This document shows positions 14,635 to 29,320 of a stretch of 64,000 bases of DNA, piece by piece (within the stretch, counting starts at the first letter, position 1; every line of letters starts with the position of its first letter). The position numbers and the translations under genes were made by a program. Below the pieces are notes generated by a model, which saw only the letters and a list, made by a program, of their open reading frames with translations, was not told the origin of the DNA and ran no database searches. Source of the DNA: Octopus vulgaris (Eukaryota); contig OX597830.1 of assembly GCA_951406725.2 (NCBI GenBank), positions 33,232,001-33,296,000 of the forward strand. The letters run 5' to 3'.

Positions 14635-16301
14635 TGGGTGAGAATAACAGGATGTTGCTAGTTTTTCATCTAATGGGTACATTCTGATCATATCTGCATT
14701 AACAGCTAATTTTCTAGCTTTTAATATAGTTATCATTAGATGTGCAATCATGGGATGAGATGGGTGATACCTCTCTCTTCTAATGTCTTCACATTGCAGC
14801 ATAAAAGAAAGATTGTCTTTTTTTATGCTATGAGGCCTAACGCTAGTAAAAGAAAAAAGTATAAAGATGAATTTATTAGACATCATTGCTAGGAATATAG
14901 AAAAGCTAATCAAAAATATCAATTTTCAGCAAAACATCAGTGCTAATAATAAACAAAATTTCTCATGTAAGGAATTAAAACTAAATGGAAAGAAGAATAA
15001 AGTGTTTTTCTTTTCTTTTTTAATGACACAAGGTAATATGATGTGTTTGTTCAGTGAGATATTTCATTAAACCATGCTTGCATAAGAGAGTAATAAATGT
15101 CTTAGTTAATAAAAAATTCAACACCAAGAAAGCAATAGTTTGTATCCTGTCACTTGGTGCTGTTTGTGTCACAGGCACAACTTACAACAAATGAGTACCA
15201 AAAATTCATTGTTGCAATGTAGTGGCAGAACTATAAAAGAGAAAAAGAAAGGTCATTGAATATAGCTTGGAGAAGGCGATGACTGACCATTCCACTATGC
15301 ACAGCCTGAAACACAAGTTCTTTAGAGGTGTCTCTGTAGCCAATGGGTTTATGGAACACAATACTAACACCCCTTTTCCTGGAAATCTTCAGGTAATTTT
15401 GAAACAAAATTAACTGTAGCCATTCACTTTCATTATTCTTCAATTTATTCATACTATTGTTCTCCTCATCTTCCTCATCTGCCTCACCCTCGTTCTCATT
15501 CTTGTTGTTCACCTCCACTTTTATATTAATTTTAAATAAGTTGGATTTTCATTTTGTTTCTATATTGATACTAAATATTTTCAATTCTTATATCAAAAAG
15601 TTAAATTTTCCTATGTTACTTTCAATGTAAATAGCAACTTACACTAATGTTATCATAAACCAAACAAAAGCTTACATTACATACACAAGCAATCTAATCA
15701 TCCTATGTCTATTATCGATAATCTTATTAGGAATATTTCATTTAGGATTTCTAAATTGTTGGCTAATGAACAAATAGATAATGGTCATACTGAATATTGA
15801 AAAGCACTAAAAAGAAATGGATTCAGTAATGAATTACATATATTCCTTCTGATATATAAGAAACTGAACTGAAAATATTTGGCACTACCCAAAAACTAAA
15901 GAATGTAGCAAGAAATTCTACCATCCTTCTAGTCATTATCTAAATAAAAACAAAACTACATAGGGATTAAAAACTAATCTCCCTGATATTATTAATGATC
16001 ATAGAAGCTATCATTAGGATTGCACAGCTGGCCATAGAACAATGCCCAAAGCAAGTAAAAGATAAAAGTTGTGTACCCATAAATTGGAGAAACTCTCCTG
16101 ACAACCAAACCAATAATGAGGTTAAAAAAGAATGATAATCATAAATCAAAGGCAGGCAATAACAGAAAATATGCTTCTAAAACTTCCTCTAGTACTGAGA
16201 GCAAAAACAGAGCTGTATGCATATTCATACAGAGACACACATGCACACACACATACACACACACTCACATACACATATAAATATGCACGTGTATATACAC
16301 C

Positions 16302-16377
<76 letters not shown>

Positions 16378-17014
16378 TTCATATTAACAGTAATAAGTAA
16401 GAGTATGGGGACTTGTACATCCATAACAATTATTTTATAATTATATGCAGCATATTATAATGACCTACATATGTTTTCACAGCAGTGACAACTTACTGTG
16501 GCAAATGCTACCTTGCAATATTATCAGTGCAGCTTCATTAGAGTCATATAGGCATATGTAAGTATATACATACATATCTAAATATATACATATATATATA
16601 TATATATATATCATTTGACTATGTGTATGTATGTGTGTGTACATACATACACACACACACACACACATATATATAAATCAGAATATACACACACACACAC
16701 ATATATATATATATACACACAGATGCACATATATATATGTATACAGCTATATATATACATATATATGTGTGTATATATGTATATATATATAGCTGTATAC
16801 ATATATGTATATATGTATGTGTGTATGTATATATATATATATTCTTTTCTTTTTTTCATACTTTCACTTATTTCAGTCATTTGACTATGACTATGTATGT
16901 GTGTGTACATACATACACACACACACACACATATATATATACATATATATACACACACACATATTCATACATGCCTATATATACATATATACATATACAT
17001 ATATACAGAGATAG

Positions 17015-17053
<39 letters not shown>

Positions 17054-17780
17054 GAAAATTGAAATTACATGTATAAGAAAAAACAAAACTGGAGTGCTAC
17101 CTCTAAAATTATTAATTATATCATCGTTCATGTGTTTCAGTCAAGATTCTGACCAAATTACGTTATCCAGAACATATTTTCTAAGATTTCACTTCATCAG
17201 TGTTTCTTATAGACTTCTATTGTTCTCTGATGTAGTGAATGCCTACAAAATATACCAGGCATGGATTACATGTTTCAGTCTTAATCATTACTGTGACATA
17301 TGAGGTCATTAAAAGATTTCTGAGCCAGCAATGTGCACCCTGCAATCTATGTAAATGTGAACACTGATAGAGAGAATCCTTGAATAAATACACACATTCC
17401 ATTTACAACTGCTTGTTGATCTATAAAGATTCATGTGAAGATTTACATTTCGGTTTTATGTCATACAATTTATAGATATACATATATGGAATTATAACAC
17501 ACATACATGTTCACATACGTTTGTGTGAGAGAAGTGGTTGGTGTAAGGAAGGACATCTAGCTGTGAAAAATTATGCCAAAGCAGACACTGAAGCTTAGTG
17601 CAGCGTTCTGTCCATCCAGCTCCTATCAAAGTTTCTAAATTCATATATCATTAATACACAAACAATATTATAATCAGTTAATAATGTAGATTAAAAAAAT
17701 ATGAATATGAATATAAACAAGTTACAGAAGACTCTCACCAATTGAAATATAAAAGATGACAACCAACTAAGTTTACTCAC

Positions 17781-17934
17781 TCATAAAACCATTACATGTA
17801 AACCGCAAACCAATTGGTTAAAATAAATGTGGGTTCTATGCCAGTGATATCGGTGCACCCAACAAACCATGACATTTAAACTGCATGTGGCTTGGTCAAA
17901 ACCATATTCAAAAACTTCAGCTTGTTGGAGCCTT
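17781..17934 (-). other. Candidate 154-nt exon, probably non-coding or terminal
   Basis: Minus strand: branch-like tgactgac, polypyrimidine cttcttcctttttatacctcttAG, donor GTGAGT. The only open frame ends in TGA at the donor. Confidence 0.25.
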
Positions 17935-18170
17935 CTAAGAGGTATAAAAAGGAAGAAGTCAGTCATTTTACTACAGCTGTCAAGAAGTCAACTGTCAGTA
18001 AAATACATTTTAAAATCTCATGATTACTACAAACATACGAAAGCTCTAATTGAACTTTATGAACATTACAAAATATTCTTATAATGTTTAACAGACGTCA
18101 ACATTGAAAACAAAAATTTAAGATGTGAAAATCAGACCATGTTTTAACTTTATTCAACTGTATATATATG

Positions 18171-18232
<62 letters not shown>

Positions 18233-18238
<6 letters not shown>

Positions 18239-18431
18239 ATCCAAACAAGAAAACACAAAACAAACACAGCAACGCGGGGCGTGGAACAAATAAAGATTAT
18301 TGGACGCTCAGGAAAGAAGGGAAGAAGGAGGGTTTAACGTTTAGTGGAGCTCTTTGTCGGAAACATAGGAGAAGGAAAGATTCTGAGAAGGGAAGACAGA
18401 GGAGAAAAAATATGGCGGTACTACAAGGTCA
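18233..18431 (-). mobile_element. Putative PLE pseudo-LTR fragment in (TA)n with a decayed hammerhead-like motif; same family as 60628-60802
   Basis: Reverse complement tcctatGTTT-CCGACAA-AGAGCTCCACT-AAACGTT-AAAC; homologous to 60628-60802; TA arrays on both sides. Confidence 0.65.
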
Positions 18432-18916
18432 CATATATATATATATATATATATATTCATTAATAAACACACGCACGCATGCACACACAGACACACACAT
18501 ACACACATTAGACTAGGCATGAATTTTTAATATTTGTGGTCATTCATACTATTCTACATTGGGAGTGAATTGTATCAGAAAAAAAATGAATGAAAAATCA
18601 GCAGTATCTATGTTATGAAGGGAAGGTAGAAAAAACTTTTGTGAGAGTGGTTATTACATAGAGATGGAAGGTAAGATGTGAGGTTAAAAATAAAAAGGAA
18701 AAAAAAACAAAACAAATAGAGTTATTTTAAAAATGAAATAATATTGGAGGCCAAATATAATTTCAAATTAAATTTAATTAAAATAATTTTTAAAGGATTA
18801 AGACATTAAAAAATTAAGGATTAAAAATTAAGACATCCAAAATAAAAATCTCAAAAAGTAAAAAAAATCAAAATTAAAAAATTAGATTTTTAAAATTTAA
18901 AAATTTAAAAGAACTA

Positions 18917-18966
<50 letters not shown>

Positions 18967-19581
18967 AATATTGTAAGATAACTTGCATTTATCCCTAAGG
19001 CATCATGCCTGTCTTTGACCATTGTCACTCACTATAGTATTATTAAAGTTATCTAGGGATCCTACTGAACGATTTATTATAGAAATGATTACAGCATTTG
19101 TTAATTCTTGTCTATGGTTAATAAGGTTAGTTTCTGATGCAAGTATTTAGAATGGCTCCTCAAGGCATAGTTTACATTTCCTTTATCCTATTTCATATGG
19201 TGTTTTTGACCATTTCGATTCATGATTTGTTTTGTTGTTCTTAGGTTACCATATTAGCTTGCTAAGTGATGTTGCCTTTTCCTTATTTTTGTGTTTGAAT
19301 GAAGAGTGAAGCTTAAAGGTTGTTGCACAACATTCTCTGTAACAGTAAGTTTTATTTTGAGTTACTACTGCACATTCATAAACTCTGTTCTTCAATGCAT
19401 GTATCATTCTTTCAGTATCCTGCTTGGTTATAATCAGAAATGATTCTGATGAAAGTAGCATTAATTCTCTCAGGTGTTCAATTTTTCTCAACTGATCAAT
19501 AGGCTGACTGAAGAAACTTATCAACAACAAACCTATAATGACTACCAGAAACAACTGTGAGCCAAATTTAGTATTCTGTTA

Positions 19582-19751
19582 TTCTGTTATTTGTTTCAGT
19601 CATTTGACTGCAGCCATGCTGGAGCACCACCTTTAGTTGAGCAAATCGACCCCAGGACTTATTCTTTGTAAGCCTAGTACTTATTCTATCGGTCTCTCTT
19701 GCCAAACCGCTAAGTGACGGGGGAGGTAAACACACTAGCATCGGTTGTCAA
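19582..19751 (-). mobile_element. SINE family A, 3' half
   Basis: tgtttcagtcatttgactgcagccatgctggagcaccacctttagt...aagcctagtacttattctatcgg. Confidence 0.85.
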
Positions 19752-20044
19752 ACTGAAGGAATATTCAGGCTTCATGTCTGTTTTGGTATGTTTTTTATGG
19801 CTGGATGCCCTTCCTAATGCCAGCCACTTTACATTGTGTACTGGTTGCTTTTACACAGCACTGGCATGAATGCTTTTTACATGGTACCAGCACCTATGGG
19901 CCCACAAAATTGGGGATGCATAGCTGGAGGGGAAAGCAAGAAACGAGCCCGTATGCAAGGGAAACCATGCTTTTACTAAAGCTTGGAATGTCTTTTCAAG
20001 TACAGCCAAACTGCTGAGAGTCTCAGTTCCATGTCATTCCTTCT

Positions 20045-20315
20045 AGTGCCATTGGACTGGCCCCTGTGCATGTGGCAAGTAAAAAACACCACTTGAGTGT
20101 AGCCGTTGCCAGTACTGCCTGACAGGTCCTCATGCCAGTTACATGTAAAAGCACCCACTACACCCTCGGAGTGGTTGGCATTAGGAAGGTCATCCAGCTG
20201 TAGAAATTCTGCCAGATCAAGATTGGAGCCTGGTGCAGTCATCTAGTTCGCCATTCCTCAGTCAAATCGTCCAATCCATGCTAGCATGGAAAACAGACAT
20301 TAAACGATGATGATG
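20045..20315 (+). mobile_element. SINE family C
   Basis: catgtaaaagcacccactacaccctcggagtggttggcattaggaagg...catggaaaacagacattaaacgatgatgatg. Confidence 0.85.
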
Positions 20316-20435
20316 AGGAGGAGGATTTGTGTGTGTATGTGTGTGTGTGTGTGTGTGGTCTATTAGCTGGGTCCAATAGAAGAGCTACCTATGATAGCAA
20401 AACGGTTCTATGAATCCATATATTACACCATATGT

Positions 20436-20531
<96 letters not shown>

Positions 20532-20957
20532 TGATACATATCCATACATACAGAGAAAGAGACTGAAAAGAAGGAGACATGTCTATAACAATATATTTCA
20601 AATAATTTCTATGCAAGAAAGAATGTTAGAGAGGCAACAGAAATAATATAATAAAAAAAAAACAAAGAACCTCATGAACATTAAAATTGCGTTTATTTAG
20701 TCAAAAATGTTAATGAGTCTTAAACGCCATACTTTATTTTCGGTTGTACTTTGTTGTGAATTGCAATGAAGTGGTAAAGGTCTACAATAACTTTATCAAC
20801 ACGAACATAATTCACAAAAAAACAGTCTTTGTTTTTGCAAGGCGTTTTTTGTTCATTATATTTTTCATGATACCCCTTTCCTTTCATTTTGTGTCATAAT
20901 TTTTATTCAGTTCAGATAATTTCATAATTTTATTATTATTATTATTGTTATTGTTAA

Positions 20958-21029
<72 letters not shown>

Positions 21030-21475
21030 TATCATCATTATTAAAAAATTATTTTGCTCTCTGTTACTTTGCTTCTCTTTCTTTTTCAATTTACTACCTG
21101 AAAATATTCCTACACCTTTGTTTAATTCACTCCTATGAACTTGTTTTTCTTTTTTATTATTTTTAGCTTAATATATTTAATTATTCTTCTATTACGGTTT
21201 TTATTGCATTTATATATATACCTGTTTTTATCTATAAAAACACACACACACACACAAAACATACACATACACACATACATGCACAACCACATAAATATAT
21301 TCATAATATATATATGTAATATATATATTCATATACACTTGTATATTCATACATATGTGTATATTTATGTATATATATATACATGTGTATATATACTTAT
21401 ATATTACATATGTATATATCTTATATGTATGTTTCATCGATGTTTTTTATGTATATAATAAATAATTATATATAC

Positions 21476-21510
<35 letters not shown>

Positions 21511-22139
21511 GTGTGAGTGTGTGATACCTCTCTATTTCTAACTTTCTTTGTTCCTCTCATTTCATCTCTCCTCTGTTTTATTTCTATTTTGCTTTCTTCT
21601 TTTCTTTTATTTGTTTCTTTTAATTTTAAATTCCTGTCTTTAATGTTTTCGTCAATCAAGTAATTCCACTGACAAGGTTTTTGACATAACTGTTTTGCAA
21701 AGAATCTTTTATTTTTTTTTTTTTTTTTACAATATTATAAAATAAAATAAAATACTGTTCTGCTTTCATTATTATTATTATCATTGTCATTATATTATTA
21801 TACATATATATATATATTTTTTTTTTTTTTCATAGTTAATCTGAAGAGTATAAAATTTCCCTCTCCACCATTTTCCAAGAACAAATTGATGGGTTTGGAA
21901 TCTCACTGTCTGCTGCTGATTGTTTAAACTGGTTAATAGAACTTTGTGTTACTGTCTTTGGCGCAATGAAATCGAATTACGCTTGTTGAGCTGAGATGCT
22001 AAACTTAATTTTAAGTTGTAAAGATAAACAAATTAGTCCAGCTGTTACTCAACTTTAGACTGTCAGTGTAGTCTCAATAGAAATAATTAAATTTACTCTT
22101 AATGAAGACTACTAGCTTTTTGCATGCCTCCCCTCCACC

Positions 22140-22155
22140 CCTTGTGCCCCTCTCC

Positions 22156-22189
<34 letters not shown>

Positions 22190-22386
22190 ATTTTTGTCTC
22201 TGTTACTCTCTTTCTCTCTCCAGCTATCTCTTTCTGTTTGCTGACACTGTCAACCCACACCCTTCCCTCTGTAACACTTTCTCTTCTCCCTCGTTGCCAT
22301 TTCTTCCACCCACAATCTTTTTCCTTCCCATTCTTTTACCAAACCTTTCATTCTCTCTCTTCTCCAATTTTCTCTGTCTCTGTGTT

Positions 22387-22437
<51 letters not shown>

Positions 22438-22814
22438 TACTCCTCAATCTGTTTCACTCACTCTTACCTTTCCTTTTTTTCTTCTTTCCCCTTTGTTTTC
22501 TTACATTCAATTTCTTCATCTCTATTCTCTCATTCACTGAACTTTCTCACCAACACTCTTATCCTTCACTTTTTCTCATTCGCCATTCTTCGCTATCACC
22601 TTCCAGATTTCCTTCAATTAACGATGGTACTGTTCTTTTCTTCTCTCCACTTTCACTCTTTATTTACTTACATCTTTCTTTCATTTTCCCTCCCTCTCAC
22701 TCTCTCTTTCTCTTTTTACACACATTTCCCCCTTATTTTTCTTTCCTCTCCCCACTCTCTTATCAATTCTCTTTATACCTTTATAATATCAAGTGTGTGT
22801 TGTTGTATTTCTTC

Positions 22815-22848
<34 letters not shown>

Positions 22849-22925
22849 GTCACTTTCACTTTCGTTCTTTCTATCTCTCATTTTCGCTCTTATTCTCTCT
22901 CTCACTCTCTCTCTCTCTCTATTTT
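22140..22925. repeat. CT-rich low-complexity tract
   Basis: Pyrimidine-rich strand with (CT)n runs; explains the 301-aa S/L/F ORF. Confidence 0.85.
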
Positions 22926-23445
22926 ACTGCAAGATAAGATCAATTTTTGCTACACAGATTTTTGTTTCCACATAAACAGACCAGAACACATACAGAACAA
23001 GACCTAGCAGTATGGCACATTAGAGTATGGTTTTGGCATAGTATGGGCCTAGTGTGGTGTGGCTTGGTTTATGTAGTATGGTGCAGTGACAGTGTGGTGT
23101 GGTGTAATATAGAGTAAGTGAAAGAGTAGAGTGGCTTAGTGCATTGACAGTGTAGTGAGATGGGGTAGAGCGGGAAACAGGGTTGGCGAAAGCACATCAA
23201 AAACTCAATAAACACATCATAAATAACATAAAATTGAATATGGCAGATATGATGGTTTAACTCACATCTCAAAAACAGAAAACTAGACAGTAAACAAAGC
23301 AAAACAACAGCAACAATAACGATACTATATCTGCAGCTGCTGATGTTGATGATGATGATGATGATAATGATGATGATCATGATGATGTTTATGGGCAACA
23401 ATAGGAATAATAAAAATAATGATACATAAGCATTTATATATATAA

Positions 23446-23506
<61 letters not shown>

Positions 23507-23826
23507 CATATGTATATTCTATAAATATATAAATATGCATACATATACATATACATATGCATACATCTATATATACATACCTACATACATGTCTATATAT
23601 ATATATATATGTATGCAAAAATATATATATATAAATATATAAATATATATATGTACACACACATATATGCATACATACATAGATATATACATACATACAT
23701 AGATACATACATACATGGACATACATACCTACACACATACACACACATAAAGATAGATAGATAGACAGATAATTACATACATACTTATATATACATAGAT
23801 TCTTAGGTATATATATACTTATATAC

Positions 23827-23869
<43 letters not shown>

Positions 23870-23897
23870 TTTATTTAGTGTATATATATATACATAT

Positions 23898-23947
<50 letters not shown>

Positions 23948-24337
23948 GTATATATGTTTACTATTTACATATATATTTATACATATGCTTCTTTAAATAT
24001 ATATATATGATTTTGTGCGTGTGAGTAGTATAAAGCAAAATAGTTTTTAATTGAATCATATGCAATTTGAAGTTTGTTTTCTGTTACATAGAAAAACCTA
24101 TTCTGTGATACTGTATTTAGAAAATTGGTGTTTGATAGCCGTCATACCTATTTTATTGATGTAGATTATTATGTTTTTATAGTTTCTCACTTGACGTTCT
24201 TTGCATAGTGGAGTTTAAAGTGATGTCTAACTCCAAAGACGTATATTTATGCATACATATGCACACACATGCACACACACACACAAACACACACATGCGC
24301 ATACACGAACATACATGCACACATATTCAGGCAAACG

Positions 24338-24369
<32 letters not shown>

Positions 24370-24489
24370 CAGAAATATATATATATAGAAATATGTGCAT
24401 ATAGATATATATGTGCATGCATGTGTCTGTTGGAATATATATGTATAGGTATATGTATTTATTTATATATATGTACATATATATGTATA

Positions 24490-24539
<50 letters not shown>

Positions 24540-24560
24540 CATACACACACATACAGATAT

Positions 24561-24598
<38 letters not shown>

Positions 24599-24867
24599 GT
24601 ATGTATGTATGTATATATGTGTGTTTGTTTTTGTATGTATGTATATATATATATATATATATATAAAATCATAAAAGTAACAGATTTTTCTTGTATACTG
24701 TTGATGTGCTGTTATTGGTGTTGGGAACTGAGGTTGGGGTAACAGTAGTTTTGGGAATGGTAATCAGCTAATAAGCTAGGAATGACAAAATAGAATCTAA
24801 TTCTATTTGTTAAGGAACTAAAATACAATTACTAGTTGATAACAACAACAATAACAACAACAACAAC

Positions 24868-25295
24868 AATTATGTGAAGAATGAGAAACTGCTTGAAAAT
24901 CTCATACATACTTTTCACATTTTCTCAAATGATGTAGGTATGGAATTTGGGGTCAAAAAGTGTGCTTTTTTTTAAAATGAATTGGGGAAGATTTGAAGGA
25001 AACCAGGGAATTAAAGTGCCTAATGGGCAAACAGTGAAAGTGGTTGAGAAAGGTCAGCAGTGTGGGTATTTGGGGATACTGGAAGCAGATGAAATTAAAC
25101 GTGAAGAAATTAAGCAAATTACCAGGCGCAGGAGTGGCTGTGTGGTAAGTATCTTGCTTACCAACCACATGGTTCCGGGTTCAGTCCCACTGCGTGGCAT
25201 CTTGGGCAAGTGTCTTCTGCTATAGCCCCGGGCCGACCGATGCCTTGTGAGTGGATTTGGTAGACGGAAACTGAAAGAAGCCCGTCGTATATATG

Positions 25296-25326
<31 letters not shown>

Positions 25327-26800
25327 ATGTGTTTGTGTGTCTGTGTTTGTCCCCCAAACATCGCTTGACAACCGATGCTGGTGTGTTTATGTCGCCGTAA
25401 CTTAGCGGTTTGGCAAAAGAGACCGATAGAATAAGTACTAGGCTTACAAAGAATAAGTCCCGGGGTCGATTTGCTCGACTAAAGGCGGTGCTCCAGCATG
25501 GCCACAGTCAAATGACTGAAGCAAGTAAAAGAGTAAAGAGTAAAGAGAGTAGAGAGTATAGAAGGAGGCTGAGGAGATTATTGCAGTGAAAGCTGAAGGC
25601 GAAAGAAATATTATTGGAGCAATAAATGCATGAGCAGTACCCAGAATTAGATATGGAATTGGAATCGTAGACTAGACCAAAGACGACATACAGAAACTTG
25701 ACAGGTAAACTAGAAAGCTTTTGACAAGGTATGGAGCCCACCTTCTCAAAGCTGAAATCAACTGATTGTACCTGAAGAGAGATTAGAGTGGAAGAGGCTT
25801 AATTTCTGTGGAAGAGTGCGTACAGATGGTAAGAAAAAGCCTATTTACAGGACAGCACAGGGAAACTGTTAAAGACGGTGAGTAAGGAACAGGTGATCAA
25901 ATATTGAATATGAGAAAAAGGACAAGAATGAAATACAAAGAGAGCACGTTAGACAAATTGAAGAGAAACTTCTGCGTGGTCAGTTTTGGAGAGCCACTGA
26001 AGATGTTTGTGGAACAAAATCCTGGGCTTGGTGAAAAAAAAAGGCAATTAAGAGAAACATGGAACTTCATTGTAGCAGCCCAGGATCAAGCAATAAAAAA
26101 AAGCAACATGATGGGAAAATGTATATGGGGAGAATGTGTCAAAAAAGTGTAGAGTGTGTGGAACTAAGAATGAGACAGTGGCATACATTGTTGCAGAATC
26201 TCCCTAGTTGCCACATGAAGAATTTAAGAAATGGAGGCATGACCAAGTAGTAAAAGTTTTACATTGGAAGCTTTGCCAGAAATGGGGAGGCATGGTATGA
26301 ACATTGGGTTGAAAGAATGCTGGAGTCAAAGAATTGTAAGATTCTGTGGGACTTTTCTAATCAAATAGACAAGAACCTGGAAATAATTGACCAACCATAA
26401 CAATAATATACAAGGAAAAGTGAAGTTGCCTACTAATTGATCCATTGTATCCATTTGATTCCAGGATTGTAAAGAAAGAACATGGAAAACAAAAAATGTG
26501 CAATCGCTTAAAATTTGAAATTGCAAGGATTTGGAAAATGAAAAGTGTAAAGGTTGTGCTGATAAAAATTGGTGCATTGGGAACTGTAAGCAAAGATATA
26601 GACAAATGATTGAAGGAGGTTGGAATAGAATGTCTTGTAGAGCTTCTACAGAAAGTTTGCCTCTTAGGGACAGGGAAGATTATCAGGAGGGTTCTAAGCA
26701 CTTGAAAGACTCTTGAAAGATTATGGATACCAAAGGTTACAGGTAATAACCAGCTGCCCACCTTAATTCTGCCAGGAATAAGAACGAACCTGAGTCAAGT
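24868..26800 (+). mobile_element. Degraded 5'-truncated R4/Dong-like non-LTR retrotransposon (RT C-terminus, CCHC region, REL endonuclease) ending in (TAA)n
   Basis: Across stops and frameshifts: FSNDVGMEFGVKKCA...YLGILEADEI...KLDR.TRKLLT...LYLKR..GRGLISVEEC...IVAAQDQAIK...RHDQVVKVLHWKLC...KILWDF...LKFEIARIWKMKSVKVVLIKIGALGTV...LQKVCLLGTGKIIRRVL*. Followed by (AAT)n at ~26802-26921. Confidence 0.88.
25125..25550 (+). mobile_element. SINE family A, full length, inserted in the R4/Dong-like LINE
   Basis: ggcgcaggagtggctgtgtggtaag...ccgggttcagtcccactgcgtggc...aagtaaaagagtaaagagtaaagag; the LINE reading frame resumes after it (IKQIT|REYRRR). Confidence 0.92.
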
Positions 26801-26865
26801 CAATAATAATAATAATAATGATAATAATAATAATAATGATGATGATAATAATAATAATAATAATG

Positions 26866-26921
<56 letters not shown>

Positions 26922-27061
26922 TCTTTTTACTATTGGCACAAAGTCTGTACGTATGTATGTTTGTGTGTATGCATGTATGTAAGTATGAATGTATGTATGT
27001 ATGTATGTATGTATGTATGTTTGTATGTATGCATGTATGTATGTATGTATGTATGTATGTG

Positions 27062-27470
27062 TCTCCTCTATTTCTTAATTATTATAAATCTTCCACTGTG
27101 GAGGGAGCTGGTTTCCAACAAAGATACAAGGCTCCATCTTTAATTAACACAGACAAATTTGCATCTGGAACTTAATAAAAGTCTTGCATATTTTTACCGT
27201 TCCACTCCCAGATTGCACTTGTAATGTACGAATTAACCAGTCGATTTCTCTTTCTGAAAATCTCAGTTTATCCAGATTCTCCTTTAAGCATTTACTTTCA
27301 AAACCTAGGGCTCCAATTATTATTGGTATGAATATGAATTTCTAATGTGAGATATAAAAGCTGGGGGTTTCGAATCTGTTGTCCATAGATGTCCTCTTTT
27401 TCTTTGATTTTCAAAGAGATATTTATATCTGCAGGGCAGCTGACCTCTATGGTACATATCATTGCTCCTC
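27062..27470 (-). mobile_element. 3' end of a second REL-endonuclease LINE, flanked by (CATA)n
   Basis: Minus strand: ICTIEVSCPADINISLKIKEKEDIYGQQIRNPQLLY/KFIFIPIIIGALGFESKCLKENLDKLRFSEREIDWLIRTLQVQSGSGTVKICKTFIKFQM (one frameshift). (TATG)n on both sides. Confidence 0.8.
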
Positions 27471-28282
27471 TATGTATGTATGTATGTATGTGTAGATGTG
27501 AGCATGTGCCTTCCAGTGTTAGTTTGTTTACATCCCCATAACTTAACTGTTCAGCAAAGGTTTTCTATAAAATAGTATTGATAAATAAGTCCTGGAGTCG
27601 ATTTATTTTGACCAAATCTTTCATGCCGGTGCCTTATCCAGGCTGCAGACCAATAACTGAAACAATTAAATATCAAGGAAACAGTATGTATATATGCATA
27701 TATGTATATATGCATGTATGTATGTATGTATGTATGTATGTATGTATGTATGTATGTATGTATGTATGTATGTATGTATGTATCTATGTATGTATGCATG
27801 CATGCATGTGTGTATATATGTACACACACATACAGATAAACATAATGTTTTGCTTGGTTGAGTATGCGTTCATTTTGGGCACATGTGCATTCAGCATGTA
27901 CTTGAGTGAGTGTATGAATATTGCAGATATTGTGATAATGAAACAATTAATAATTAGACGCAATGACATGTTATTCTGTAACACAGCAATCTTGTATTTG
28001 ATGTCGATTTTATATATACATATAAATATATAATATTAATGTGGGCAGCTGGGCACAATATAAAACCTTATAGGCAAAATTTTGTCATCACTAATTGTCA
28101 CTTATATTGTCAGAAATAAGAGATAAACCACTTATAACTGCATAAAAGTACATTTATATTTACTAATATAGATGTATATACACGAAGCAAGCAAGTAAGC
28201 GGCTGTATAAATATAGTATGAAAATGAATACTGATATTATAGGGATTTCTTAAATATATTTTCGAAATGGAAATTGTAGCTA

Positions 28283-28604
28283 AGACACCCGTGCCAGTGA
28301 CACGTAAAAAGCACCGTCCGAACGTGGCAGATACTACCGCCGCCTGATTGGCGTCCGTGTCGGTGTCACGTAAAAGCACCAGCTGATCGTGGCTGTTTGC
28401 CAGCCCGCTCCGGCCCCTGTGCTGCTAGCACGTAAAAATCACCCACTACACTCACAGAGTGGTTGGCGTTAGGAAGGTCATCCAGCTGTAGAAACACTGC
28501 CAAATCAGACTGGATCCTGGTACAGCCTCCTTTGCTTACCAGACCCCGGTTGAACTGTCCAACCCATGCTAGCATGGAAAACGGACGTTAAGTGATGATG
28601 ATGA
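28283..28604 (+). mobile_element. SINE family C with internal repeated cacgtaaaagcacc units
   Basis: Three cacgtaaaa(a)gcacc-like units, then gtggttggcgttaggaagg...catggaaaacggacgttaagtgatgatg. Confidence 0.85.
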
Positions 28605-28984
28605 GTTGAAGCCAAGTGAGACAAAATTTGTAAAATTGTAAACAATGGCCACCCATCAGAATATATTAGGGGAAATCAAATTACATTAATAATTGCCAAA
28701 TTTGATTTTGTCATAGTTTTAACAATTAAGATTAAGCCATCAAAATGGTTTAAATTAGGGGTTAATATAACTGTTTTTGCCTAAAGAAGTGTAATTACGA
28801 CAGTGGAAAACTAGAGCGCTACACAAGTTACTCTAACATAAATAATTTAGTCTAGTGGTGAGTTGGTGCAGTTGTTAGAGTGTTCAGCAAAATTTCTTGA
28901 GATATTTGTTTGAGACGTGAGTTCAAATTGTGGTGAGATCACCTGAAAATTAAAAAAAATTTTTTTCATGAGTGTCAACAAAAA

Positions 28985-29320
28985 GGTGCAAGCCAGCCTA
29001 TGTGGTTAAGAAGCTCACTTTGCAACCATGAGATTTTCCATTCAGTCCTACTGTGTGACACCTTGGACAAACGTCTTCAACAATGATCCTAGACTGACCA
29101 ATTCCTTACGAGTGAATTTAGTCAACAGAAACTGTACAAGTGTGTCTTTGAGCATGTGTTTGTCTCCTCTCCACCTGTGTCCATTTCTTTGCATTGCTTT
29201 AACTTAGCAGTTGTGGCAAAAGAGATCAATAAAAATACTTGGATTGATTTGATCAACTAGACACTTCAAGGTGATGCTCCAGCATGGCCACAATTCAATG
29301 ACTGAAACAAGTAAAAAAAT
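28985..29320 (+). mobile_element. SINE family A, old and degraded
   Basis: tgtggttaagaagctcactttgcaacc...gatgctccagcatggccacaattcaatgactgaaacaag. Confidence 0.75.

Noticed and set aside
19246-19554. 102-aa minus-strand ORF with a hydrophobic N-terminus
   Set aside because: Non-ATG start, no recognisable domain, and length within chance expectation.
22102-23007. 301-aa ORF, the longest in the track
   Set aside because: Translation of a CT-rich low-complexity tract in which stop codons are compositionally rare; no domain.
23005-23180. Degenerate (TGGTG/TAGTG)n pentamer tract, inverse to (CACCA)n at ~40555-40680, as a long-range pairing
   Set aside because: Both are simple decayed pentamer repeats with no specific complementarity I can demonstrate.
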